Part shown: positions 38,785-48,300 of the stretch, in pieces
Layout: each line of letters starts with the position of its first letter
Numbering within the stretch: position 1 is the first letter of the stretch
Source: Candidatus Bilamarchaeaceae archaeon
GTDB lineage: Archaea; Micrarchaeota; Micrarchaeia; Anstonellales; Bilamarchaeaceae
Length of the DNA: 58,764 nucleotides
Reading direction: 5' to 3'
NCBI GenBank assembly: GCA_038870635.1
Contig: JAVZJR010000001.1
Span: 15,934-74,697 of the forward strand
Translations under genes and position numbers: made by a program
The notes under the pieces: model-generated
Seen by the model: only the letters and a program-made list of their open reading frames with translations
What the model was told of the DNA's origin: nothing
Databases searched by the model: none

Positions 38785-39515
38785 AAATAAAACTAATAAA
38801 AAAGAGCGATAGGTATTTTATCGAGTTGCCAAAAGAATTCGGAATTTACGATGAGCTGGAACTTTTCAAACTCAAAGAAGGATTTTATCTTATGACAATA
38901 CCTTTAGAGAGCCAAGTGCAAAAAGAAGAAAAGAAAAAAGAAAATGAAGAGTATAAAGTTAGTGAAGAGGAAAAAGCGCTCATACAAAAACTTCTCAAGA
39001 TAAGATTCGAAGAGAGAACACCAGCGTATGTAAGCAGAATATTAAACCAAAAAGAAAAAGAAATTTTACGTGAATTAGAAAACAAGAGATTTGTCAATGT
39101 CTATAAAGGAGAAAAATACAAACAAGGAGTATACAACATAAACGACCGCGTTTATTCTGTGATTTATACTCAACAAAATAAACCAAAAAACAAAGAAGAT
39201 GATTTATTTAAAAATGGTTATTTAGTAGCAAGTGAAAAAGAAGCGCTCGCACTTCTTGAAAAAATAAAAGAACAGATAAAAAAAGGGGAGATAAGAGGAA
39301 TGAAAGGATTCGATGGAAATTATTACATAATAACCTTAAAACTTTACAATGAACTTTCAAGAAAAATCTTGAAAACACTTGATAAGGAGAAAGAAATAAG
39401 CGAAATAGCAAAAACAGTTAAGGTAGAGGAAGAAGCAGTCCGCGCAGTGCTGCACTTCTTAGCTGAGGCAGGAGAGGTAATAGAAAAAAGAAAGAATGTT
39501 TATGTTGCAGTTTAA
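38781..39515 (+). CDS. Hypothetical protein with AbrB-like N-terminus and winged-helix-like regions
   Basis: YFIELPKEFG...ELELF at the N-terminus; ISEIAKTVKVEEEAVRAVLHFLAEAGEV at the C-terminus; ATGA overlap with cdc6. Confidence 0.6.
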   Translation: MKIKLIKKSDRYFIELPKEFGIYDELELFKLKEGFYLMTIPLESQVQKEEKKKENEEYKVSEEEKALIQKLLKIRFEERTPAYVSRILNQKEKEILRELENKRFVNVYKGEKYKQGVYNINDRVYSVIYTQQNKPKNKEDDLFKNGYLVASEKEALALLEKIKEQIKKGEIRGMKGFDGNYYIITLKLYNELSRKILKTLDKEKEISEIAKTVKVEEEAVRAVLHFLAEAGEVIEKRKNVYVAV

Positions 39516-39530
39516 ATAGATACTAAGCGG

Positions 39531-40460
39531 CTAAGAGGATAATAGTCTTAGCATGTTTACCCCAACACCGCCAAAAATAAAAATAGATATATATAGAAAA
39601 TAGAAAAGAACCACAACCATTATTGCTGTTAGAAATAAAATAGCTATAGAACCTACTGTAGATATAATAGCACGATTTTGCGATAAGTTGTGGATGTGTT
39701 TTATCCCACGATATCTATAATAGAGCATAACTAAAAATATTAACAAACTAACTGCTTCGACAAGCGGCCCTAAACAATATCCGATTAAAACAGCACGAAT
39801 TAAGTGGATAGGTATTAAAAAAATAAACATGCTTGCGGTAGATGATAAAAGAACAGACATGGTGTCCTTAAAACTTCCATTACCACCCAGTATTTTTGAG
39901 AATAAATAGTAAATGGTAGTTTCAAAAAGTAAACCTACAGCAGTAAGAATTAAAACCAAAAGAATAATAGTTATAAAAATTAAAATAAATCCAACTACGC
40001 CACTTGCTAAAGTGAATACGACGCCCGTGCCCCCAATTATAGTTTTTAACAGTCCTCCAAATAATACAGAAAAAAAAGCTGTAAGAATACCACCATAAAA
40101 CACAAAAACTAATAAAAAAGGCCAGCCACCGATTAAACTAAAAATAAAAGATAAAAAGGTAAGCATCCACATGTCAATTATATTTTTTATTATTCCCCTT
40201 CCTTTTTTAGATTCTTCGTCTAAAACTTCCTCACATTTCCCGTCTGCAAATTTAATCCAGGTCGCAACAGAAGAATATGGAATAAAATTAACTATCTTAA
40301 AGCAAAAGTTCTTATATTCTCTTACTATTTCAAATATATCAGAAAAAGAACTGTTGGAAGTTGTAACGGTAGTTGAAGATTGCTCGGGTTTTTTACTTTC
40401 TTCCTTAATTTCATTTTTAGCTGAACGGAGTACTGTCTTTTTTTGTGATTCTGTTGCCAT
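39531..40460 (-). CDS. YIP1-family membrane protein
   Basis: Multiple TM helices with YLFSKILGGNGSFKDT and GIKHIHNLS..RA; start moved to ATG 40460. Confidence 0.75.
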   Translation of the reverse strand: MATESQKKTVLRSAKNEIKEESKKPEQSSTTVTTSNSSFSDIFEIVREYKNFCFKIVNFIPYSSVATWIKFADGKCEEVLDEESKKGRGIIKNIIDMWMLTFLSFIFSLIGGWPFLLVFVFYGGILTAFFSVLFGGLLKTIIGGTGVVFTLASGVVGFILIFITIILLVLILTAVGLLFETTIYYLFSKILGGNGSFKDTMSVLLSSTASMFIFLIPIHLIRAVLIGYCLGPLVEAVSLLIFLVMLYYRYRGIKHIHNLSQNRAIISTVGSIAILFLTAIMVVVLFYFLYISIFIFGGVGVNMLRLLSS

Positions 40461-40521
40461 AAGGGAAAAATATAAAGAAGCATTTAAAAAAGTAAGTAGG
40501 GGAATAGGTAAGCGTATCATT

Positions 40522-41646
40522 ATGATAGTAAAAGACAATATCTACGGAACTATCGAATTTGACGAATTAGAAGAAAGAATAATAAACACCCCAGAATTCC
40601 AGAGATTGAGAAGAATAAAGCAAATGTCAATAACTAATCTAGTTTATCCTGGTGCAAACCACACCCGTTTTGAACATTCTCTTGGAACGGCACACCTTGC
40701 TGAAAAAATCGCGGAGAAATTAGTGGACAACATAGAAGAACGCAAAATGATAAAACTTTATGCCCTTCTTCACGACATTGGCCATGTAGCATTTTCTCAT
40801 GAAGGAGAAGACGTACTAAAGAGATACTTAGGAGACCATGAAAAAATAGCAAAAGACATTATACTCAAGACACAAATAGCAGACATAATCAACGAAAATT
40901 TTAACGTTAAAAAAATATTAGAAATAGAAGAAAAAGGGATTGGCGCAATAGTAGATGGAGATATAGGTGCAGATAGAATGGATTATCTTAAAAGAGATGC
41001 GTTAAACACCGGCGTTGCTTATGGTATAATAGATATAGATAGATTAGTACACACCACACGATTAGTAAAAAATGAGATGTGCATTACAGAAGGTGGCTTA
41101 GAAGCAGCAGAATGGCTTTTGGTTGCGCGATTTATGATGTTCTCTGCTGTTTATTTGCATAAAACAGTTAGAATAGCTACAGTGATGGTTCATAAAGCAA
41201 TAGAACATGCTATAAAAGATAACACGATAAAACCAGAAGAGTTTATATGGATGGGAGATGAATTTGCTCTTGCGAAAATGCGCGAATCACCAGGCGCACG
41301 CGAGTATGTTGATAGAATTATAAAGAGAAGGCTTTACAAGGAAGTAGCAGTTATTAGAGAAAAAGACATTACAAAAAAAGAAGCAGAAAAATTAGAAAAT
41401 GAATTAAAAGAAAAATTTGGAATAGACATAATATTTGACTATCCAACACAATTTTTCAAACCAATAAAACTTAAAGTCTTAAAGAAAAACAATGCACTTG
41501 TTCCAATTTCTAATCTTTCGGATTTAGTTTCATCCCTAAATGAAGCCGAAGAAAAAAGAAAAAAAATAATGATAATTACAAGTGAAGAAAACAAGAAAAA
41601 ATATGGCAAAAAAATACAAAAAGAATTGGAAAATTTCTTAAGTTAA
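40522..41646 (+). CDS. HD-domain phosphohydrolase (SAMHD1-like dNTPase family)
   Basis: FQRLRRIKQ, YPGANHTRFEHSLG, LLHDIGH, ADRMDYLKRD and VYLH motifs; start moved to ATG 40522. Confidence 0.92.
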   Translation: MIVKDNIYGTIEFDELEERIINTPEFQRLRRIKQMSITNLVYPGANHTRFEHSLGTAHLAEKIAEKLVDNIEERKMIKLYALLHDIGHVAFSHEGEDVLKRYLGDHEKIAKDIILKTQIADIINENFNVKKILEIEEKGIGAIVDGDIGADRMDYLKRDALNTGVAYGIIDIDRLVHTTRLVKNEMCITEGGLEAAEWLLVARFMMFSAVYLHKTVRIATVMVHKAIEHAIKDNTIKPEEFIWMGDEFALAKMRESPGAREYVDRIIKRRLYKEVAVIREKDITKKEAEKLENELKEKFGIDIIFDYPTQFFKPIKLKVLKKNNALVPISNLSDLVSSLNEAEEKRKKIMIITSEENKKKYGKKIQKELENFLS

Positions 41647-41649
41647 AAA

Positions 41650-41811
41650 TTAATGAATAAAAAAGCCGGCTATTTTTATAAAAAGAACGAATGCAAAAAC
41701 TACGACAATCACTGTTTTAGGGTCTATTTCAAAGCCACTTAATTTTACATCAGGTGAAAAACCGATTATCCCAGCTGAACCCATTGGCATTGTAACTTTT
41801 TCCTGTGCCAT
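41650..41811 (-). CDS. secG: Preprotein translocase subunit Sec61beta/SecG
   Basis: Not in the ORF track (53 aa): MAQEKVTMPMGSAGIIGFSPDVKLSGFEIDPKTVIVVVFAFVLFIKIAGFFIH. Confidence 0.85.
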   Translation of the reverse strand: MAQEKVTMPMGSAGIIGFSPDVKLSGFEIDPKTVIVVVFAFVLFIKIAGFFIH

Positions 41812-41853
41812 GGAAAAATTTTCACTTAGATCATTTTAAAAAGGTTTTGAAAT

Positions 41854-42975
41854 TCAGGAGACAGTAATCTTACTTTTTTTAAAGGAGAGAACAAAAGGAT
41901 ACAAAAGGAGAAGGAAACCAAGAAAAACAAAAGAGAAACGAACATCACCTAGAGCATAGATAGAAAGTATTACTACAGAGATTCCAAAAACTCTCCCTAC
42001 ATTTAGAAATATTTCTCTCCCGCTCATCAAAAGCGAAAGATCTCTTTTGTTATCTACTAAAATAGCAGTAGTAAAAGGCCAAAAAAGAGCAGAGAAAAAA
42101 TTACGAATTCCACTAAAAGCCGCCCAAGTAATTACATTTGAGTAAAAGAACATCAAGATAGTCGAAAGCGAAGTCATAACACTAAAAATATTTATGTATA
42201 ACTTTCTCTTTTTTGTCTTATCCGAAAGATAACTCATAAAAAAAGAAGCTAAAATAGAGAAAATGGTTACAAAAGCAATAAAGATGCCTAGATAAAAAGG
42301 CTGATCGAGCAATGATAGAGAAACAATAGTACCGCCTGCCAAAACACCAGTTGTTGTTCCTTCTAAAAAATTCAGCGTTCTAAAACCTTTTGTCTCTTTT
42401 ATACAGCTGTTTAAATTATTTTTATACTGCTCTTCTTTTAGCAAAAATATTAGAAAAACAACTGGCAAAAAAAGAAGTGCGCTTATCAGAAAGAAAGAAA
42501 AACCGCCCCATCGCTGCAATACTAACCCCCCGACCACTGTTAAAAGAATGCTAAGAAGACCGCTTACAGAAAAATAGAGCGTGCTAGAAGTAGCGGCGCT
42601 ATTAACTGCTCCACGAAAGTACAAAATATTAAAAGGCACCCAAAATAAAAAAACAGAAAAACCATAAATAAAAAAACTTAAAGCAAGGAGCGGAAATGAA
42701 GGTGGAAAAAACAAAATGATGATATAGGAAATCATTGCAGATAATGCTCCGCAACCCATCAACGCTCTCTTATCCAAAGATGGAGCGAAACTAAAAGCAA
42801 ATATAGTAAAGAGGGCAGACAATGGCCACATGATATAAGCTAATGAAATATCAAGATTACTTAACCCCGCCTCTTTAAAATAAATTAACCAAACACTGCT
42901 AAAAACGATTGGCATAAGCCAAAAAACATAAATGAGTATAAGGTTTCTTTGGTTTTGACCACGGCCTTCGTACAT
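41854..42975 (-). CDS. MFS transporter
   Basis: About 12 hydrophobic helices; motif-A-like SYLSDKTKKRK. Confidence 0.8.
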   Translation of the reverse strand: MYEGRGQNQRNLILIYVFWLMPIVFSSVWLIYFKEAGLSNLDISLAYIMWPLSALFTIFAFSFAPSLDKRALMGCGALSAMISYIIILFFPPSFPLLALSFFIYGFSVFLFWVPFNILYFRGAVNSAATSSTLYFSVSGLLSILLTVVGGLVLQRWGGFSFFLISALLFLPVVFLIFLLKEEQYKNNLNSCIKETKGFRTLNFLEGTTTGVLAGGTIVSLSLLDQPFYLGIFIAFVTIFSILASFFMSYLSDKTKKRKLYINIFSVMTSLSTILMFFYSNVITWAAFSGIRNFFSALFWPFTTAILVDNKRDLSLLMSGREIFLNVGRVFGISVVILSIYALGDVRFSFVFLGFLLLLYPFVLSFKKSKITVS

Positions 42976-43036
42976 TCTAATACCTTTTTAATTATTAAAA
43001 TAGCAAACTTAAAATCCTTTAGGAAGAATAAAACAC

Positions 43037-44359
43037 ATGGCAAAATATTTTGGGACGAATGGTGCAAGAGGAAAAATAGATGAATTCCCTCCACACATAG
43101 CAAAAAAACTTGCATACGCAACAGGCGAATACCTTAAAAATGGAAGGATTCTACTTGCACGCGATGGAAGAAATAGCGGCCAAATTTATTTTAATGCGAT
43201 TTCAGAAGGTCTGCTTGAAGCAGGATGCACAGTAATCGATCTTGGAATGGTGACTTCTCCGACTGCAGAATTTATGATAAAAAAGCTGAATGCAGACGGG
43301 CTTGTGATAATAACCGCTTCTCACAATCCTCCAGAGTATAATGGTATGAAAGTAGTGGACGGCAATGGCGTGGCTGTCTCCAAAGAAAGAGCAGAAGAAA
43401 TAGAGATAATAGCGGAAAAACCAGCAACTAAAAAAAATGGAGTTATGAAAAAATACGAAAGGGCAACCGAAGACCACATAGAGGAGATTATAAAAAAAAT
43501 CGATGTTGAAAAAATAAAAAAGATAAAACCACGCTTAGTGCTTGACTGTGGAAATGGAATGTCATCACTCATAACACCTCAACTATTCAAAAGATTAGGA
43601 TGCGAAGTAATACCTATAAACTCCCATGTTGATGGTAATTTTCCAGGCAGGCCTTCAGAACCAACAGAGGCAAACGTAAGCGATATGTTGTCATTAGCCA
43701 AAGAGGTTGGGGCTGACGCTGGGATTGCATGGGATGGTGATGCAGATAGAGTAGCATTTGCAGATGAAAACGGCCATTATGTAATAGGAGACAAGGTTTT
43801 TGCCCTTTCAGCTATCCTTAAGTTGAGAAAGGAGAGAGGAGATATAGTAACAACAGTAGCAACAACAAAAGCAATGGAGGATATAGCAGAAAATTTTGGC
43901 GTTAAAGTAAGATACACTAAAATAGGTGCGCCATATCTATGCGAAGAGATGTTGAAGGGAAACGCGGCGATTGCAGGGGAAGAGGTTGGCGGAGTGATTT
44001 GGCCAGAGATATCGCTAGCAAAAGAAGGCATATATACAGCTGCGAAGATAGTAGAAGCGATATGTGAAAAAAAACTTTCAGAGTGGATTAAAGATTTGCC
44101 TCAATATGTAAACATAAAAGAAAAAATAAAGGCAGATGATAAAAAGAAAAAAGAAATAATTAGAAAAATGTTAGAATACGCAAAAACAAATAATCTCAAT
44201 TACATCGACATAGATGGAGTTAGAATAAATTATGATTGTGGGTGGGTTATAGTTAGAGCATCAGGTACAGAAGATTACGTTAGAATATTCGCAGAGGCAA
44301 AGAGCACCAAAGAAGCAAAAGAATTAATAAACAAGCATAGATTAATAATCGGTGAGTAA
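43037..44359 (+). CDS. Phosphohexomutase (GlmM/PMM-PGM family)
   Basis: FGTNGARG, TASHNP, DGDADR, GEEVGG and RASGTE motifs. Confidence 0.93.
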   Translation: MAKYFGTNGARGKIDEFPPHIAKKLAYATGEYLKNGRILLARDGRNSGQIYFNAISEGLLEAGCTVIDLGMVTSPTAEFMIKKLNADGLVIITASHNPPEYNGMKVVDGNGVAVSKERAEEIEIIAEKPATKKNGVMKKYERATEDHIEEIIKKIDVEKIKKIKPRLVLDCGNGMSSLITPQLFKRLGCEVIPINSHVDGNFPGRPSEPTEANVSDMLSLAKEVGADAGIAWDGDADRVAFADENGHYVIGDKVFALSAILKLRKERGDIVTTVATTKAMEDIAENFGVKVRYTKIGAPYLCEEMLKGNAAIAGEEVGGVIWPEISLAKEGIYTAAKIVEAICEKKLSEWIKDLPQYVNIKEKIKADDKKKKEIIRKMLEYAKTNNLNYIDIDGVRINYDCGWVIVRASGTEDYVRIFAEAKSTKEAKELINKHRLIIGE

Positions 44360-44860
44360 ATGGCGAGGATCCTCTTGGTGCTCGCTGATGGTTTTTTGAA
44401 TGCAGAGTATAAAATAAAAACATTACTAGAAAGAAAGGGACACGATGTAAGAGTTGCAAGCAAACAGAGAATTACAATAACAAGCAAAGATGGAGAAAAG
44501 ATAATGCCTGACCTTGCCCTTTATGAAATAAACCCAGATTACTTTGATTTTGTTATCATAGCTGGACAAGATATGAAAAAAATTATAACACCGGAAACAA
44601 TAAATGCGATAAGGAAATGCGCAGCGAAAAAAGGTGTTGCTGGAGTAAACGAGGGTGCAGTCGCGCTGGCGTTTGCAGGTATTCTTAATGGAAAGAACGC
44701 AACTGTTGCTCGAGAAGAAAAATCAATAAAATTTTTAAGAGATTCTGGCGCGAAATATAAAAATGAAGAAATAGTACTTGATGGAAATATACTCACTGCT
44801 GCTTATCCTGAAATGGTAGAGGAGATAGCAGACAATATAGATAAGATAGTAAAAAAATAG
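44360..44860 (+). CDS. DJ-1/PfpI family protein lacking the catalytic Cys
   Basis: LADGF..AE, PDLAL, FDFVIIAG, LAFAGILNGKNAT and VLDGNILTA; nucleophile elbow reads GVNEG. Confidence 0.8.
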   Translation: MARILLVLADGFLNAEYKIKTLLERKGHDVRVASKQRITITSKDGEKIMPDLALYEINPDYFDFVIIAGQDMKKIITPETINAIRKCAAKKGVAGVNEGAVALAFAGILNGKNATVAREEKSIKFLRDSGAKYKNEEIVLDGNILTAAYPEMVEEIADNIDKIVKK

Positions 44861-44868
44861 GTGATAAG

Positions 44869-45066
44869 TTGATAACAATAAGACATGAAGGATGTATTGT
44901 TTGCGCTGGTTGCGCAGCTGTTTGTCCAACTGGTGCGCTTGAGTTAGTAGGAAATAGGATAGAATACTACCCTGAAAAATGCATAAAATGTGGCGCTTGC
45001 GTAAAGGTGTGCCCAGCAAGCGTTATAAAACTTGAGAGAGGTGCGAAAAATGAAAACAAATTATGA
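44869..45066 (+). CDS. 2[4Fe-4S] ferredoxin
   Basis: CIVCAGCAAVCP and CIKCGACVKVCP; GGTGA SD before the TTG start. Confidence 0.93.
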   Translation: MITIRHEGCIVCAGCAAVCPTGALELVGNRIEYYPEKCIKCGACVKVCPASVIKLERGAKNENKL

Positions 45067-46264
45067 TGCTATAGTTATTGGTGGCGGGCCAGCTGGCTCT
45101 ACCTTTGCGCGATTGGTTGCAGCAGAGGGAATGGAAGTACTTGTTATAGATAAAAGAAAGGAAATAGGTGTTCCAGTTAGATGCGGTGAAGGACTTGGAG
45201 CAAGAGAAGTAATCGCACAAGGCCTAGAATTGCCAAAAAGGTGCATTTCAACAGAAATAGTAGGCGCAAAAGTGGTTGCACCAAATGGCAAAGAAATAAT
45301 CTGGAAAGACAAGACTACAACAGGTTGGGTACTCGAAAGAAAACTCTTTGACAAATGGCTGTGCGAATTAGCAATAGAAAAAGGAGCGGAAGTAAGAACT
45401 TATACGAGAGCAACAGAGCTCATAAAGAAAGATGGAAAGATAATAGGATTAAAAGTAGTGCAGTGGGGAAATAACGAACAAGAAATCTATGCACCGCTTA
45501 TAGTATCAGCAGAAGGAATGGAAGCAAGAATCGCAAAACAAGCAGGATTTGATACAACGCACAGGCTATATGACGTTGACACATGCTACCAATATGAAAT
45601 GAAACCATATGACCACGAAAACCTTATAGAGTTATATTTTGGAAACAAAGTTGCGCCAAGGGGTTATGTTTGGATATTCCCAAAAGCAGATAGAAGAGCA
45701 AATGTTGGTATAGGAATAGGGGGCAACCTTACTAATGGAAATAAAAACGGCATCCCTGGTGCTGATCCTAAAATTCTTTTGGATAAATTTATAGAGAACC
45801 ATCCGACACTAAAAGATGCGAGCACTCTCGTAGATTTTGGTGGTGTTATAAGTGTTGGTGCGCCACTTAATGAATTCGTCAAAGATAATTTTATGGTCAT
45901 CGGAACGGCTGCAAAACAAGTTGACCCTATCCACGGAGGAGGCATAGCGCTGGCTATGGAAACATCCGTAATGGCGGCAGAAGTGGCTTTGAAAGCACAT
46001 AAGAAAAGAGATTACAGCGCCCAAGCGCTAAAAGAATACGAAAAGAAATGGTTCCCCTCATTAGGAAAGAAGATGGAAAAAAGATTAATGCTTAGAAAAG
46101 TATTGGAAAAACTAAATGACGATGACTTAGACTATATATTCAATGCGATAACACCAACCGATCTTAATGATGTAATGGAAGGTAGATTTGCAGGTCCTGT
46201 CGCAAAAGTACTGGCGGGCAGACCGCAGTTGCTAAAAATCTTAAGCGTTCTCGTAGGAAAATAA
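45050..46264 (+). CDS. Digeranylgeranylglycerophospholipid (geranylgeranyl) reductase
   Basis: GGGPAG, GVPVRCGEG, ERKLFD, APRGYVWIFPK and PIHGGG motifs; start moved to ATG 45050. Confidence 0.9.
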   Translation: MKTNYDAIVIGGGPAGSTFARLVAAEGMEVLVIDKRKEIGVPVRCGEGLGAREVIAQGLELPKRCISTEIVGAKVVAPNGKEIIWKDKTTTGWVLERKLFDKWLCELAIEKGAEVRTYTRATELIKKDGKIIGLKVVQWGNNEQEIYAPLIVSAEGMEARIAKQAGFDTTHRLYDVDTCYQYEMKPYDHENLIELYFGNKVAPRGYVWIFPKADRRANVGIGIGGNLTNGNKNGIPGADPKILLDKFIENHPTLKDASTLVDFGGVISVGAPLNEFVKDNFMVIGTAAKQVDPIHGGGIALAMETSVMAAEVALKAHKKRDYSAQALKEYEKKWFPSLGKKMEKRLMLRKVLEKLNDDDLDYIFNAITPTDLNDVMEGRFAGPVAKVLAGRPQLLKILSVLVGK

Positions 46265-46324
46265 AACAATTAAAAACCCTATGAAACAAAATTATAGTGT
46301 TAAAAAAAATATTTTGGTGATAAA

Positions 46325-46672
46325 ATGGCTGGCGGACCGGAGTTAAAGGGACATGAAGAAACAGAATTGCCTCCAAAAGAAATAATACCAAAAAAAATAA
46401 CAGGTGTCCAATATAAAATTGAAGTGGGAGACAAAGTGTACATAGTGGAACTTGAAAAAGGCGAACATTTCAAAAAAGGAAGAAAATCAGCAGATATATA
46501 CGCCCAAGAACTAATGACGGCAATTTCAAAAGCAAAAAATATTTATCGTGAGGAAGGAGATAAAAAAATAGAATTGACAGAAGACGAGAAGTCTAATCTT
46601 AGGTCAACCATATTAAAACTATACAATGAAAACAAAGTTGCTGAAGTAATTGTTGAGAAAATAAAACAGTGA
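46325..46672 (+). CDS. Hypothetical protein
   Basis: 115-aa ORF with GGTGA SD; no family recognised. Confidence 0.6.
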   Translation: MAGGPELKGHEETELPPKEIIPKKITGVQYKIEVGDKVYIVELEKGEHFKKGRKSADIYAQELMTAISKAKNIYREEGDKKIELTEDEKSNLRSTILKLYNENKVAEVIVEKIKQ

Positions 46673-46676
46673 GCAA

Positions 46677-47153
46677 ATGGGAAGAAGAATAGCAGCAGTG
46701 ATAATAGCTGCAGCTATAATACTCAATCCTCACACGCCCCCGATATTTAAAAAAGAAAGACCGCTAGTTGAGCATATAAAAAACGGTGAGAGGATAATAA
46801 AAAAAATAGATAAAAAAAACGGTGTTTATACGATAACAGACAAAGGGATTATTTTTGAGGAAAAAAATCCCAAAGTAGTGTCCGTAGAAGAAGTAGGAAC
46901 AATAAATAACAATGGAAAAAGCATTAAAATAACAAAGCAGCAAATCGAAAAAGGACGGGAATTAATATGGGAAGACAGTGGTTGCACTGATTTTATTTGT
47001 ATGAAAGAAAGCGAAGATGATAGAGTACAAGTGCTATTAAAAAACAATAAAGGCGATATTTGCGTCGTTGATATAAAATTAGAAGATGATATAGACAAGG
47101 TCAGGGCGAGAGTTAGAAAAATGAAAAATAGTCAAATACCAGATTGCCGTTAA
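46677..47153 (+). CDS. Hypothetical protein with N-terminal hydrophobic segment
   Basis: 158-aa ORF directly following the previous gene; IAAVIIAAAIIL. Confidence 0.55.
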   Translation: MGRRIAAVIIAAAIILNPHTPPIFKKERPLVEHIKNGERIIKKIDKKNGVYTITDKGIIFEEKNPKVVSVEEVGTINNNGKSIKITKQQIEKGRELIWEDSGCTDFICMKESEDDRVQVLLKNNKGDICVVDIKLEDDIDKVRARVRKMKNSQIPDCR

Positions 47154-48300
47154 ATAAAACAGATTTCACTTTTCCTTTTAGTATTTGACCTTCAAAAGGC
47201 GACCATTTACATTTTGTATAGAGTTCCTCGCCTTCCACTTTCCATTCTTTTTTTAGATCAACTATAGTTATGTCTGCCTTTGCACCTTCTCTTATCTCGC
47301 CACGATCGCTCAATCTAAAAAGTCTAGAAGGTACTGCTGACATTTTTTTAATTATTTCTTCCAAAGAGAGAATCCTTTCATGGTACAACTTTAACATAAG
47401 AGCTAATGACGTTTCTAGACCTGGAAAACCGTGCGCACCGTTCTCTTTATCTTCTAATGTATGTGGTGCATGATCAGTTGCTATACAATCAATGAGAGAA
47501 ATATTTTGAAGTAATTTTTTTCGTACACTATCACTTCTTAAATTAGGGTAAACAGTTCCTTTGTTTCCAAGACGAGCTGCATCTTTTGAAGATAAAAATA
47601 AATAATGGGGTGCGGTTTCTGTTGTTATGTTAAAAAAACGAGCCTTCTCAAGTTCTTCGCTAGCCGAAACGTGCGCTATGTGGCAATTTCTTTTATATTT
47701 TTTTGCAAGAAAGCCAACTGAAGATATGTTTTCTATTGTTTTTTCTATCTGTGTTACTTCATCGCCTTCTGAAGAAGAAGCATGAAAAACAAAAACCCCA
47801 TCAAATGTTTGGAAGTGTTTCTCTATTGAATCTTTTTCTTTTAGTAAAAGATCACCAGTAGTCTTACCTAAATAAAACTTCATAGATAATGCTCCTGCTT
47901 TTTTTGCTTCACCCTGGTTATTATCAGTCGCACCAAAATGGAAAAAAACATCACACAATGCTTTCTTTTTTGCAAGCTCTTTTTTTTCTTTATAGCGCGC
48001 GATAGTAATTGTAGGTAAAGGATTATTTGGCATATCAATTACTGTTGTAAATCCGCCTGCAATCGCCGCCATTGTCCCGCTTTTAAAATCTTCTTTGTAC
48101 TCTGCACCAGGTTCACGAAGATGAACGTGCGGGTCAATAAGACCAGGAAAAACAATGCAGCCTTTTGCATCGTAATAAGAATCTGCTTTTAAGTTATGGC
48201 CAATCTTAACAATTCTTTCTTCATCGATTAATATCTCAAGTTCTCTAAACTCATCCCTAAAAAAAACTAAACCGTTTTTTATGCAAAGCAAACTATGCAC
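47113..48300 (-). CDS. pyrC: Dihydroorotase
   Basis: PGLIDPHVHLREPG, AAIAGGFTTVIDMPN, ETAPHYL, ATDHAPH and SPFEG motifs. Confidence 0.88.
   Translation of the reverse strand: MHSLLCIKNGLVFFRDEFRELEILIDEERIVKIGHNLKADSYYDAKGCIVFPGLIDPHVHLREPGAEYKEDFKSGTMAAIAGGFTTVIDMPNNPLPTITIARYKEKKELAKKKALCDVFFHFGATDNNQGEAKKAGALSMKFYLGKTTGDLLLKEKDSIEKHFQTFDGVFVFHASSSEGDEVTQIEKTIENISSVGFLAKKYKRNCHIAHVSASEELEKARFFNITTETAPHYLFLSSKDAARLGNKGTVYPNLRSDSVRKKLLQNISLIDCIATDHAPHTLEDKENGAHGFPGLETSLALMLKLYHERILSLEEIIKKMSAVPSRLFRLSDRGEIREGAKADITIVDLKKEWKVEGEELYTKCKWSPFEGQILKGKVKSVLFNGNLVFDYFSFF

Noticed and set aside
40171-40538. Apparent long overlap of the HD-protein and YIP1 ORFs
   Set aside because: Artefact of longest-ORF start calling; starts at 40522 and 40460 give a normal divergent promoter.
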